Position numbers and translations under genes: made by a program
The notes under the pieces: generated by a model
Told to the model about the DNA's origin: nothing
What the model saw: only the letters and a program-made list of their open reading frames with translations
Database searches by the model: none
Source: a virus
Strand: one strand, 5' to 3'
Length of the DNA stretch: 64,000 bases
Virus record (IMG/VR): IMGVR_UViG_3300029787_005452
Span: 1-64,000 of that record
Shown here: positions 1 through 8,170 of the stretch, one piece after another
How positions within the stretch are numbered: the stretch's first letter is position 1
Layout: each line of letters begins with the position of its first letter

Positions 1-165
1 GCCTACGATAAGAAGAGATTTATTCTTTATAGTGAGGATAGCCATACCGAATATCGTATAGATGGCGACGAAGTAATAAGGCTTATGAACGACCCAGATG
101 TAGAGCTTAGTAGTAGGGCTAAGGCAGAGATAGATAAACTTTTAGTAGCCTCATTTGCAATGTAG
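1..165 (+). CDS. 3' end of a hypothetical protein (partial, AYDKKRFILY...LLVASFAM*)
   Basis: Open frame 1 from the window edge to TAG at 163-165, followed by a strong terminator. Confidence 0.7.
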   Translation, partial: AYDKKRFILYSEDSHTEYRIDGDEVIRLMNDPDVELSSRAKAEIDKLLVASFAM

Positions 166-194
166 GCCTAATTAAGATAGTGTGTTGTTGTTGT

Positions 195-229
195 AAGAGG
201 TCGTTCTTATTCGAGAGCGGCCTCTTTTT
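195..229 (+). terminator. Intrinsic terminator
   Basis: 12-bp stem AAGAGGTCGTTC/GAGCGGCCTCTT followed by a T run. Confidence 0.8.
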
Positions 230-420
230 GTCTGCGGCAGCTTTTGCTGCGCAGCAACCCACCCCGCTGAGAGAAGTTACCGTGGGAGAATTCCAATATA
301 GAGAGCGGGTCTCGGGCCTTGGGAGGCCCCATGCCACTTATTTTTTTTGCTGCGCGGGAAAAACGTATATATAACCCCGGGGCTTTTTTATATTAGGAAA
401 CCACCCTTGCAGAGGGTATT
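230..420. other. GC-rich, multi-hairpin non-coding island
   Basis: Palindrome TTGCTGCGCAGCAA (244-257), stems CCCGCT/AGCGGG, GGGCCT/AGGCCC, ACCCT/AGGGT, and direct repeat TTTTGCTGCGC twice. Confidence 0.6.
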
Positions 421-434
421 AGTTATAATACACT

Positions 435-857
435 TTATAAGGTAACTTCTTTACGCTCTATAAGAATGTTCCTATTAGCCAATTGCTCATCGGCTATCTC
501 ATCTTTAGATTTACCAAAGTAAGCTACACCATAATTGTTCTCTATAAGGAACGTATTAACATTAGTACCTTCTAGTGTAACTAGTTCACCTAAAATTCTA
601 CCATACTTACCTCTACTATCATCGGTTTTGGTTTGGAGTATAATACTTGAGCCTACCGGGCAATGTTCCAATACTTTAGACTTGGCTAGGTTACCAAATA
701 CCTTTTCTACTTTATCTCTAGTTCTACTCTCTGGAGTGTCTATACCGTAGAGGCGAATGCGCTGTTTCTTTAACCATACATTAAATCCTAAATCTATATC
801 CACATCAACGGTATCTCCATCAACAACTCGAGTTATAACTGCTTTATATTCGTACAT
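435..857 (-). CDS. Thermonuclease (SNase-like) nuclease
   Basis: RVVDGDTVDVDIDLGF and RIRLYGIDTPESRT motifs; start moved to MYEYKA, behind TAAATA-N5. Confidence 0.9.
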   Translation of the reverse strand: MYEYKAVITRVVDGDTVDVDIDLGFNVWLKKQRIRLYGIDTPESRTRDKVEKVFGNLAKSKVLEHCPVGSSIILQTKTDDSRGKYGRILGELVTLEGTNVNTFLIENNYGVAYFGKSKDEIADEQLANRNILIERKEVTL

Positions 858-937
858 ATTTTTATTTAAGACCATCTGCGACAAATCCGCGCTTTGTTAG
901 GAGCTGGGGAAATTTGCGCGATAGTATAAATATTAGT

Positions 938-1108
938 ATGAGTGAATATCCATTTTTACATAAAGAGAAGATCGTCGAACTTGGCCGCAGATATAATAAA
1001 GAGATAGATGATAGTCTTTCTAAATCTGATATGATTAAACAGCTTGAAGAGCATGTTGGTTCGTTAACTAAAGAAGAACAAGACAACTTATCCATAATAG
1101 GAAGCTAA
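938..1108 (+). CDS. Small HeH/Rho-N-like helical protein
   Basis: KEKIVELGRRYNKEIDDSLSKSDMIKQL; similar to 1770-2072; TAAATA-N5-ATG at 927-938. Confidence 0.55.
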   Translation: MSEYPFLHKEKIVELGRRYNKEIDDSLSKSDMIKQLEEHVGSLTKEEQDNLSIIGS

Positions 1109-1145
1109 ACTTTTAAATTTAAACTTAAATTGATTAAATAATTAC

Positions 1146-1766
1146 ATGGCTACATTTTTAAATACAACAGTTTTGTCGGCAGACGTTATGGCACACCCTC
1201 CAATTGGTGAAGGTAGTGGTTTCAGAAAGTTAACTAATTTAAATCCAGCTACCTTTGCAGCAGCTGATAGATTTAATATCGAACCTGGTAATACAGCAGT
1301 GTTTGAATTGTCCGCTAAGGGTAAGAATAACAGTAATGAAGACGTTTTATTATTTGTTGATAAAATAGGATCAATTAATAGACAACCAGTCGCTCAAATA
1401 TTATTTAACTCAGATGAAATTGTAACTTCTAAAAAGCATCATGGTACAGGCCAGCTATTTACTTATACATTAGTAACACCAGATGGTACTGAAATTAAGC
1501 ATAAGCACAAACATAAGCACAGACCTGCTACAACATCATATACATTTGCAGGTAATACAACTATTATGACTAATTTCTCTGGAGTTGATATCTATCTCAA
1601 GACTGCATCAGAAGAGCATGAAGTAGTAGGAGCTAATACATCAGTTAAATATACTTTAACAAGCCCACATAATGCAGCTGGTCGCACTATAGCAGCAGGC
1701 TTAAGTAGTAATCAAAATCAAATTCTAGGTCCTGAATTTATAAGAAAAAGATTCTTAGGTTATTAA
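1146..1766 (+). CDS. Hypothetical late (probably virion) protein with a KHKHKHKH tract
   Basis: 206-aa ORF; late promoter TAAATA at 1135-1140. Confidence 0.7.
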   Translation: MATFLNTTVLSADVMAHPPIGEGSGFRKLTNLNPATFAAADRFNIEPGNTAVFELSAKGKNNSNEDVLLFVDKIGSINRQPVAQILFNSDEIVTSKKHHGTGQLFTYTLVTPDGTEIKHKHKHKHRPATTSYTFAGNTTIMTNFSGVDIYLKTASEEHEVVGANTSVKYTLTSPHNAAGRTIAAGLSSNQNQILGPEFIRKRFLGY

Positions 1767-1769
1767 AAA

Positions 1770-2072
1770 ATGTCTGATATTAAATCATTAGGTAAAGATG
1801 AACTTGAAGCTTTAGGTCGTGAATACGGCATAGAGCTAGATAGACGTTTATTAAAGTCTAGAATGGTAACTCAGTTACAGGAACATATAGATAGTATTCC
1901 TGCTGATGAAACTCCGGAACCTATAGTGGAGAGTTCCTTATCGGACGATCTTACTGAATTAGGAAGTTTAGATAATGCTAAATTATTATCATTAGCTAAA
2001 GACTATGGCATTGACACCTCAGTAATAGGAACAAAAGGTAAGTTAATTAGTTCCTTAATTGAAAAACTTTAA
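1770..2072 (+). CDS. Protein with two HeH/Rho-N-like repeats
   Basis: ELEALGREYGIELDRRLLKSRMVTQL and KLLSLAKDYGIDTSVIGTKGKLISSL. Confidence 0.6.
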   Translation: MSDIKSLGKDELEALGREYGIELDRRLLKSRMVTQLQEHIDSIPADETPEPIVESSLSDDLTELGSLDNAKLLSLAKDYGIDTSVIGTKGKLISSLIEKL

Positions 2073-2082
2073 TATATAATTT

Positions 2083-2113
2083 AGCCCGATCTTCCAGAAG
2101 ATCGGGTTCTTTA
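2083..2113 (+). terminator. Intrinsic terminator
   Basis: AGCCCGATCTT/AAGATCGGGTT stem followed by CTTT. Confidence 0.65.
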
Positions 2114-2137
2114 TGGGAACTGTGATATAATATTGTT

Positions 2138-2584
2138 GTGATTATAGTAAATTGTAAGTTTAATACGAAAGCAAGAAAGTTATATAAGTCTGTAAATGTT
2201 AAGGTTAAGGAACTGGAACGATTTACTAATTTTATATTGAACGAGTATAAAGCAACTAGAAAGATATGGAACTATGATCTGGAAATTAAAACTATAGATT
2301 GTGATACCTCTGGTTATTACTTTGGGTGTGATGAGATAGAAATAGGAAATAAAACCCCTAAACGTTCCTTGGCTAAAAAAAGAGAATGGTATCTTAGTTC
2401 CTATTTTCATGAGTTATGTCATTTTGCTCAAGATAATTTAGATAAAGTTAAAGAGTCTAAATTAAACTATACAGATAAAGATGCAGCAAATTGTACTAAT
2501 AAATATTATAAAAATCCTATGGAGATACAAGCCAGAGAGTTTGAAGACAAATATACAAAAATCTACTTAGAATTATATTCTTAA
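2138..2584 (+). CDS. Zincin-like metallopeptidase (HExxH)
   Basis: YFHELCHFAQD plus downstream PMEIQAR; GTG start 6 nt after TATAAT. Confidence 0.75.
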   Translation: MIIVNCKFNTKARKLYKSVNVKVKELERFTNFILNEYKATRKIWNYDLEIKTIDCDTSGYYFGCDEIEIGNKTPKRSLAKKREWYLSSYFHELCHFAQDNLDKVKESKLNYTDKDAANCTNKYYKNPMEIQAREFEDKYTKIYLELYS

Positions 2585-2973
2585 TCTGTTGGCCATAATC
2601 GAGCTTTCATATACTCGATATCTTTCTTTATTTCAGCAATATCTACTTCCATTTCTTTCATACTCTCAGTAATAATAACATCGCCATTGGGAGTTATAAA
2701 ATTACTAACTAATGTTTCTATTTTTTCTACTAATGGAAGTAACTCTCTAATTTCTGTTTGATTGGCTAAAGCCATAAATCGTAATGTTTGTGTCTCATTT
2801 TCTAAACTTTCAATTTTTAATCTTATTATTTCTTGATCTTTAACATAAACTTCTTGCGAAACATAATTGCTATTTAACCATAGAGCGGCTAAAGCCCCTA
2901 CTGCTGCTAAGAAAAAAGAAGCAAAATTAATATTTTCTAATAAGGAGCGAAAGAAAGTAATAGGCTTTTTCAT
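2581..2973 (-). CDS. Membrane-anchored coiled-coil protein
   Basis: TM segment FASFFLAAVGALAALWL followed by heptad-rich helices; start moved to MKKPIT. Confidence 0.65.
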   Translation of the reverse strand: MKKPITFFRSLLENINFASFFLAAVGALAALWLNSNYVSQEVYVKDQEIIRLKIESLENETQTLRFMALANQTEIRELLPLVEKIETLVSNFITPNGDVIITESMKEMEVDIAEIKKDIEYMKARLWPTD

Positions 2974-3014
2974 TATAATATATTTATTAAATTTTCTTAT
3001 ATTAAATAATAATA

Positions 3015-3392
3015 ATGAGTGATCAAACAAAAATTTTTAATCTTTATGAAAGTAATTTAAATCAATCGGCTATAGGTTATGCTCAGCAAAGAGATCCAGC
3101 AAAAAATTTAAAATATAGACCAGGAGATGCAAAACCAGGACAGACTTATAGTAAGTATAATTTACCAACCACTAGTCCAGAAAAAGTTAAAGGAGCTGCA
3201 TTTACACCAAATGGTATAAGTGATGAGGAAATTACTATTAAAGGTTATGGTGTTATTGATAGCGAACAAGCTCTTGGTATGTTAAATAGATTAAAAAATG
3301 ATATTCATGATCTAATTAATAAAAATGTAACTGGTTCGGTGCTTAAAAGTAAAATAGATTTATATACATCTATTATAGAACAAATATCTTGA
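3015..3392 (+). CDS. Hypothetical late protein with a possible protease-cleaved leader
   Basis: TAAATA-N6-ATG; N-terminus MSDQTKIFNLYE. Confidence 0.65.
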   Translation: MSDQTKIFNLYESNLNQSAIGYAQQRDPAKNLKYRPGDAKPGQTYSKYNLPTTSPEKVKGAAFTPNGISDEEITIKGYGVIDSEQALGMLNRLKNDIHDLINKNVTGSVLKSKIDLYTSIIEQIS

Positions 3393-3422
3393 TTATCATA
3401 AAATATATATTATAATTAATAT

Positions 3423-3887
3423 GTGGCTGATGTATTAGAACTAAACTGGGATAATGTAGACTTTTTACTTGACTGTTTAAGTGATGAATTGAAAAGAAAA
3501 TCTACTAAATATGATACTATTATTGCTTTAGGTAGAGGAGGTTTAATACCAGCGGCTATTTTAAGTTATAAATTAGGTATACTTAATCTTCATAATTTAG
3601 GTATAAGCACAAGAGAAGATCAAGGTAAATATAAAGAGACTATAGTTTATCAAAAACCTAATAACATAAGTAAAGATTCAAAAGTATTAGTTATAGATGA
3701 TATCAATGATAGTGGTCGAACGTTTACTGCAGTAAAGTCTATTCTTAATTATGGATATGAACTAGATGATACTAATGTATTATATGTTAGTTTAGTTCAG
3801 AGAGAAGGAACTGAATTTTTTAAAAATACTATTTCTGGTAATATTTTGCATACTTCTCGCTGGTTAGTGTTTCCTTGGGATAAATAA
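3423..3887 (+). CDS. Type I phosphoribosyltransferase (Gpt/Hpt-like)
   Basis: LGRGGLIP, PRPP loop VLVIDDINDSGRT, C-terminal WLVFPWD. Confidence 0.9.
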   Translation: MADVLELNWDNVDFLLDCLSDELKRKSTKYDTIIALGRGGLIPAAILSYKLGILNLHNLGISTREDQGKYKETIVYQKPNNISKDSKVLVIDDINDSGRTFTAVKSILNYGYELDDTNVLYVSLVQREGTEFFKNTISGNILHTSRWLVFPWDK

Positions 3888-3891
3888 TTAA

Positions 3892-5076
3892 GTGAAAGCA
3901 CGACCTTTTTATTTCGAAATTAAAGATATGCTAACGCAGTTTGTTGCTGCGTTTGATGAAATAGTTATTGGTCGTTTCAATAGAGATAGGGAAGAACAAG
4001 ATAGAATTAAAGCGCGATATATATACGCTCCTAAACAAAGAGTTTTACATGATTTAATAAATGAAAATAAAACTTTAACATTACCAGTTGTATCAGTTAA
4101 TGTTACAGGTATATCTAGAGATCAAAATAGAGTTTTTAATAAACTTGATGGTTTTTATTATCAAGGTGTTATTGGAGAAGAAAAAGTATCTAGACGAATT
4201 AAAGCACCGGTACCTATTAATATTGCTTTATCAGTTTCAGTATTAACTAGATATCAAACTGATATGGATCAAATTTTAAGTAATTTTGTACCATTTTGTA
4301 ATCCGTATATAATTATCTCGTGGAAAGTTCCTGAAGCATTTAACTTAAGTGTCGATCAAGAAATCAGAAGTGAGGTATTATGGACCGGCGATGTAAGTAT
4401 GAATTACCCTACTGAGTTAAATGGTAATCAAAAAGCAAGAGTAACTGCAGATACAAGCTTTACTATTAAAGGTTGGCTTTTTAAAGATACAGATAACCCT
4501 GATGGTAATATATTCTTTATTGATAATAATTTTCATAATGAAACTCAGTTAGAAAATTATGATAACTATGAATCGTTGTCTGGTACTGATTATTCTTACC
4601 CATTATCTTCAGGTTTAATAGATAATATAGAGACAGTATCAATATCAGGTAGTCCTACCGTAACAGATATATTCTATAATAATGTGAGACTATTTGATAA
4701 TTTAACCTTAACTGCTGGTACAACTGGTAATGTTATTGTTAACGGTTATGGTTTTGAAAAGTTAGATAGTATATATTTAAGTAGTAATAAATTTGATAAA
4801 TTATCAGCCGATGGTATTTTTGTTAACGATAATTTATCTTATTTTGATAATTTTACAAATAATGTAAGTTTTTCAGGATTTGAATTATCATCTTATAATG
4901 TTTTTGGGGATAATGTATTATCATTTAATTTACCTTTATTTTCTGCTTCAAGTTCTTTAAGTGCTGACTTTACTTTTGTACTTTATAATTCTGCAGGTTA
5001 TGATTTAACTACCGATACATTGAACTCACAAACCTTAAGTAGTAATAACACTTTATTAACCTTTACTTTCCCGTAA
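3892..5076 (+). CDS. gp15: Tail sheath stabiliser / tail terminator (T4 gp15-like) with a C-terminal extension
   Basis: FYFEIKDMLTQFVAAFDEIVI, YIYAPKQR and FTIKGWLF motifs; next to the portal gene. Confidence 0.75.
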   Translation: MKARPFYFEIKDMLTQFVAAFDEIVIGRFNRDREEQDRIKARYIYAPKQRVLHDLINENKTLTLPVVSVNVTGISRDQNRVFNKLDGFYYQGVIGEEKVSRRIKAPVPINIALSVSVLTRYQTDMDQILSNFVPFCNPYIIISWKVPEAFNLSVDQEIRSEVLWTGDVSMNYPTELNGNQKARVTADTSFTIKGWLFKDTDNPDGNIFFIDNNFHNETQLENYDNYESLSGTDYSYPLSSGLIDNIETVSISGSPTVTDIFYNNVRLFDNLTLTAGTTGNVIVNGYGFEKLDSIYLSSNKFDKLSADGIFVNDNLSYFDNFTNNVSFSGFELSSYNVFGDNVLSFNLPLFSASSSLSADFTFVLYNSAGYDLTTDTLNSQTLSSNNTLLTFTFP

Positions 5077-5095
5077 AATAAATTAAATAATAATA

Positions 5096-6838
5096 ATGGC
5101 TGACCAACAAAACAGTAAACCATCTGGTTTTTTAAAAAATCTAGTTAATAAACTACCATATCAGTCTGTAGACTTTAATAAAGTTTTAGGAGATTTAAAT
5201 CCTAAGTATAATACTTTTGAAGAAACAGGTATGAGAAGAGTAGAAGCTTTAGCAAAAAATTCTATCTTTTATAATAATGATTTTAATAACAATGGTGCTG
5301 GTCAAATAAGTGTTGATGGTAATTATAGTTCATTAGTATATGCCAATGTAGAAGAAAATAAAGGTGGTCGTATGAGAGACTACCGCATAATGGCTGCCTT
5401 TTCTGAGATTAGCGATGCTTTAGATGAAATATGCGATGAATGTATAAACAAAGATGATAATGGTAATATTGTTAATTTAATCTTTAGAAATACTGATATA
5501 GATGAAGAGAAGCAACAAAATATAAAAGATGAATTTGAAAAATATATTGATTATTTCAACTTTGAAAAGAAAGGGTTTGAATATTTTAGACAATTATTAA
5601 TTGAAGGTGAGCTATATTTTGAGCATATTATTCATCAAGGTTATACAAATGATGGTATTTTAGGTGCAGTTGCTTTACCTACAGATTTAATTGATCCTAT
5701 ATATGATAATATACAAAATATGATCATTAAAGGTTATATTTTACGTAAACCTATATTTGATCCTAATAAACCTGAAAAAATAGAAAAGTTTGATTTTATT
5801 CCAATGGATGATAATCAAGTTTCATATATTAATTCAGGTATATGGAATCAAGATAAGACATTTAGATTACCTTTTATTGAAAATGCTAGAAGAGCATATA
5901 GACAATTATCATTAGTAGAAGATGCTATTGTAATATATAGGTTAGTAAGAGCTCCAGAGCGTTTAGTGTTTAATGTAGATGTAGGTAATATGGCTCCACC
6001 AAAAGCTGAAGCATATCTTAGAAAGCTTATTCAAGAGTATTGGAGTAAAAAGACTTTTGATTCTAATCAGTCTGGTCAAGTTCAAAAATTTAACCCTCAA
6101 TCAATGTTAGATTCATTCTGGTTTGCTAAAAGAGCTGGTTCAGAAGGTACATCAGTTACGCAGTTAGCTGGTGGTGCTAATTTAGGTGAGTTAGCAGACT
6201 TAATATATTTTGTAAATAAACTTTACAAAGCATTAAAAGTACCTCTTAATAGATTAAATCCTGAATCTACATTTGACGATAGTCAAAATATTTTAAGAGA
6301 AGAATTAAAGTTTGCTAAATTTATTATTAGAATGCAACAGCAATTTGCAGGTGGTCTTAAAAATGGATTTATAACTCACCTAAAATTAAAAGGATTCTTT
6401 GATGAATATGATCTTAAAGCTCCTAACATACATTTAGAGTTTAATGTACCAACTAATTTCTATGAATTAAGAGAGAGTCAGAAGTTAGAACTTAAAGCTA
6501 CTAACTTTAATAGCTTAGCTTCTAATGAATTTGTAGCTGCTACATATGCTCAGAAAAGATATCTTGGTTGGAACGATGTTGATATAAAAGCTAATAGAGA
6601 GTTTTTACGTAAGGATGCTGAGTTACAATGGGAATTACAACAAATAGGTTCAGGTGGTCCTAATTGGAGAGATGAAATGCAACCTGCTGGGGGAGAAGAT
6701 GCTGGTGGCGGTTTACCTGATGCTGGTGCTGGTGGTGTTAGCCCTGAAACACCACCTGACTTTGGAGGGGGACCCGCTGATGTAGGGGCTCCTGAACCAG
6801 TTGCAGCTGAAGCTCCAGCTCCAGAGCCTGAAGTTTAA
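5096..6838 (+). CDS. gp20: Portal protein
   Basis: EDAIVIYRLVRAPERLVFNVDVGNM, GGANLGELADL and ILREELKFAKFI; acidic P/G/A-rich tail. Confidence 0.97.
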   Translation: MADQQNSKPSGFLKNLVNKLPYQSVDFNKVLGDLNPKYNTFEETGMRRVEALAKNSIFYNNDFNNNGAGQISVDGNYSSLVYANVEENKGGRMRDYRIMAAFSEISDALDEICDECINKDDNGNIVNLIFRNTDIDEEKQQNIKDEFEKYIDYFNFEKKGFEYFRQLLIEGELYFEHIIHQGYTNDGILGAVALPTDLIDPIYDNIQNMIIKGYILRKPIFDPNKPEKIEKFDFIPMDDNQVSYINSGIWNQDKTFRLPFIENARRAYRQLSLVEDAIVIYRLVRAPERLVFNVDVGNMAPPKAEAYLRKLIQEYWSKKTFDSNQSGQVQKFNPQSMLDSFWFAKRAGSEGTSVTQLAGGANLGELADLIYFVNKLYKALKVPLNRLNPESTFDDSQNILREELKFAKFIIRMQQQFAGGLKNGFITHLKLKGFFDEYDLKAPNIHLEFNVPTNFYELRESQKLELKATNFNSLASNEFVAATYAQKRYLGWNDVDIKANREFLRKDAELQWELQQIGSGGPNWRDEMQPAGGEDAGGGLPDAGAGGVSPETPPDFGGGPADVGAPEPVAAEAPAPEPEV

Positions 6839-6881
6839 TTAAACTTTTAAGTTGATACCCACGGCCAGAATAGAAGTCCAC

Positions 6882-7759
6882 CAACTTTGTTATCGCATTT
6901 TTTTTAATTAATGCTTCTGTATGTTGCCATACAGTTCAGACTATATCTTCATCCTTTCGGATGCCGGACGCTCTTGGGTAGATTATTGTTGGGACTCACC
7001 ACCTAGTCGTTGCACCTTCCGCAGAACTTAAACCCTCTGCGGCTTGGCTCAGTATTGTCTCATAGAGAGTTCTACTGAATTCATCCAGTACGGGCATTAA
7101 AATTTAAAAGAACAAAAAAATATTTAAGCTACTTTAGCAAAAAAGCATTGATATGCAGAATCATCAACAATACCTCCACCACTACCAGTATTACTTCTTA
7201 TATAGCTATAATTAAAAACAAAAACATAGTAACCATCTTCTTTAGGAACAGGGTGGTTATTTTTAAAAACCTCAAATATATTATAATTTAAATCTCCTGG
7301 AGATTGAACTGAGAATATTTTCATCCCTACTCGACTACCTTTGAAAACTTCAAAAATTTGACCATCTTTAATTCGCATAGGTAGGCATCTAAATCTATGA
7401 CCATCTTTTAATTTTTGATTTTCACTTAACGCTCTATTTCGCTTTGCACCGTTAATTTGCGATAGAACATAAAGCTGTATTCTTTTAGTAGAATCATCAG
7501 CAAAGTCACCAAAGTCAGAAGCACTTCTAAAACTCTTAAATCCTATATCAAAAAGAGTAGGTAATATATATGCTTTTTTATGACCATCATTTGTTAAATA
7601 GTGATCAAATTCTACTAAATGACCATCCTTATGCAATGCATATGCTTTACCATCTTCTATACCATCAATAGCTAATTGGGTATCTCCTCTAAAACATGTT
7701 TTACCATTATTAAAATAAATACAATCATCTAAAATCTCTTGCATTGAAAAGACTTTTGA
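6882..7759 (-). ncRNA. Group I self-splicing intron (core 6917-7095 well supported; splice sites tentative)
   Basis: Minus strand: P3 CUGGAUG/CGUCCGG, P4 UUCAGUA/UACUGAG, P5, P6a CCGCAGAG/UUCUGCGG, R element GCAACGACUA, S element AAGAUAUAGUCU, P7 GACUA/UAGUC, P8 CAUCC-GAAA-GGAUG, P9 CUGUAUG-GCAA-CAUACAG; IGS GCCCGU (7095-7090) pairs with GCGGGU (7765-7760). Confidence 0.88.
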
Positions 7760-7828
7760 ACCCGCCGAATCCTCTGCACCGGGACTTTCAAATGATTGTT
7801 TATTTATATGAGGTATAGAAGGTATCAT
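7124..7828 (-). CDS. Hypothetical protein, probably mostly intron-encoded (internal ATG at 7744)
   Basis: 234-aa ORF coupled to the upstream stop (TGATG); ends about 30 nt before the intron IGS/P3; no recognised family. Confidence 0.7.
   Translation of the reverse strand: MIPSIPHINKQSFESPGAEDSAGSKVFSMQEILDDCIYFNNGKTCFRGDTQLAIDGIEDGKAYALHKDGHLVEFDHYLTNDGHKKAYILPTLFDIGFKSFRSASDFGDFADDSTKRIQLYVLSQINGAKRNRALSENQKLKDGHRFRCLPMRIKDGQIFEVFKGSRVGMKIFSVQSPGDLNYNIFEVFKNNHPVPKEDGYYVFVFNYSYIRSNTGSGGGIVDDSAYQCFFAKVA
7801..7808 (-). promoter_or_regulatory. T4-type late promoter TATAAATA upstream of the putative 5' exon
   Basis: Perfect TATAAATA; predicted +1 about 7795. Confidence 0.5.
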
Positions 7829-8130
7829 CAGAACTGATTTAGATTGCTGAAATAAGCAGATCTAAAGTAAACTGATCCAGAAATATATTGTGAATTAGTC
7901 TTAGCACTTACTTCATTTGTATTAGTAATACCTCTCAAAACCATACTTTCACTGGTTTTAATTAAAAAACGACGATCGTCAGTGGTATAATCATTATCAT
8001 AAATAAATAAATCTTGTCCTGATTTATTTGAAATTAAAACTTCACTAGCTGTAAAACCTGATAATGCAACCAAATTAGTATCAATTAGCATATTAAAAGT
8101 ATACGATTTATTTTTATTAACGAATGGCAT
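7828..8130 (-). CDS. Hypothetical late protein, beta-rich
   Basis: 100-aa ORF; TAAATA-N5-ATG. Confidence 0.7.
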   Translation of the reverse strand: MPFVNKNKSYTFNMLIDTNLVALSGFTASEVLISNKSGQDLFIYDNDYTTDDRRFLIKTSESMVLRGITNTNEVSAKTNSQYISGSVYFRSAYFSNLNQF

Positions 8131-8170
8131 ATAATTATTTAATATAATTGATAACTAATTAAATAATTAT

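Noticed and set aside
119-374. Small ORFs 119-337 (minus) and 180-374 (plus)
   Set aside because: They span a terminator and inverted repeats and have atypical composition.
7126-7172. Alternative intron 5' splice sites near the ORF end (GGAGGU|AUUG at 7172; GCUU|AAA at 7126)
   Set aside because: 7172 gives a G.U-rich P1 and a spliced frame running into the portal gene. 7126 gives a tidy C-terminus (…VACGLLFWPWVST*) but no credible P1. Both rank below the GCGGGU/GCCCGU pairing but are not excluded; RT-PCR is needed.
6860-7790. Spliced peptide SAGVDFYS resembles dUTPase motif I
   Set aside because: There is no room for the other dUTPase motifs; probably coincidence.
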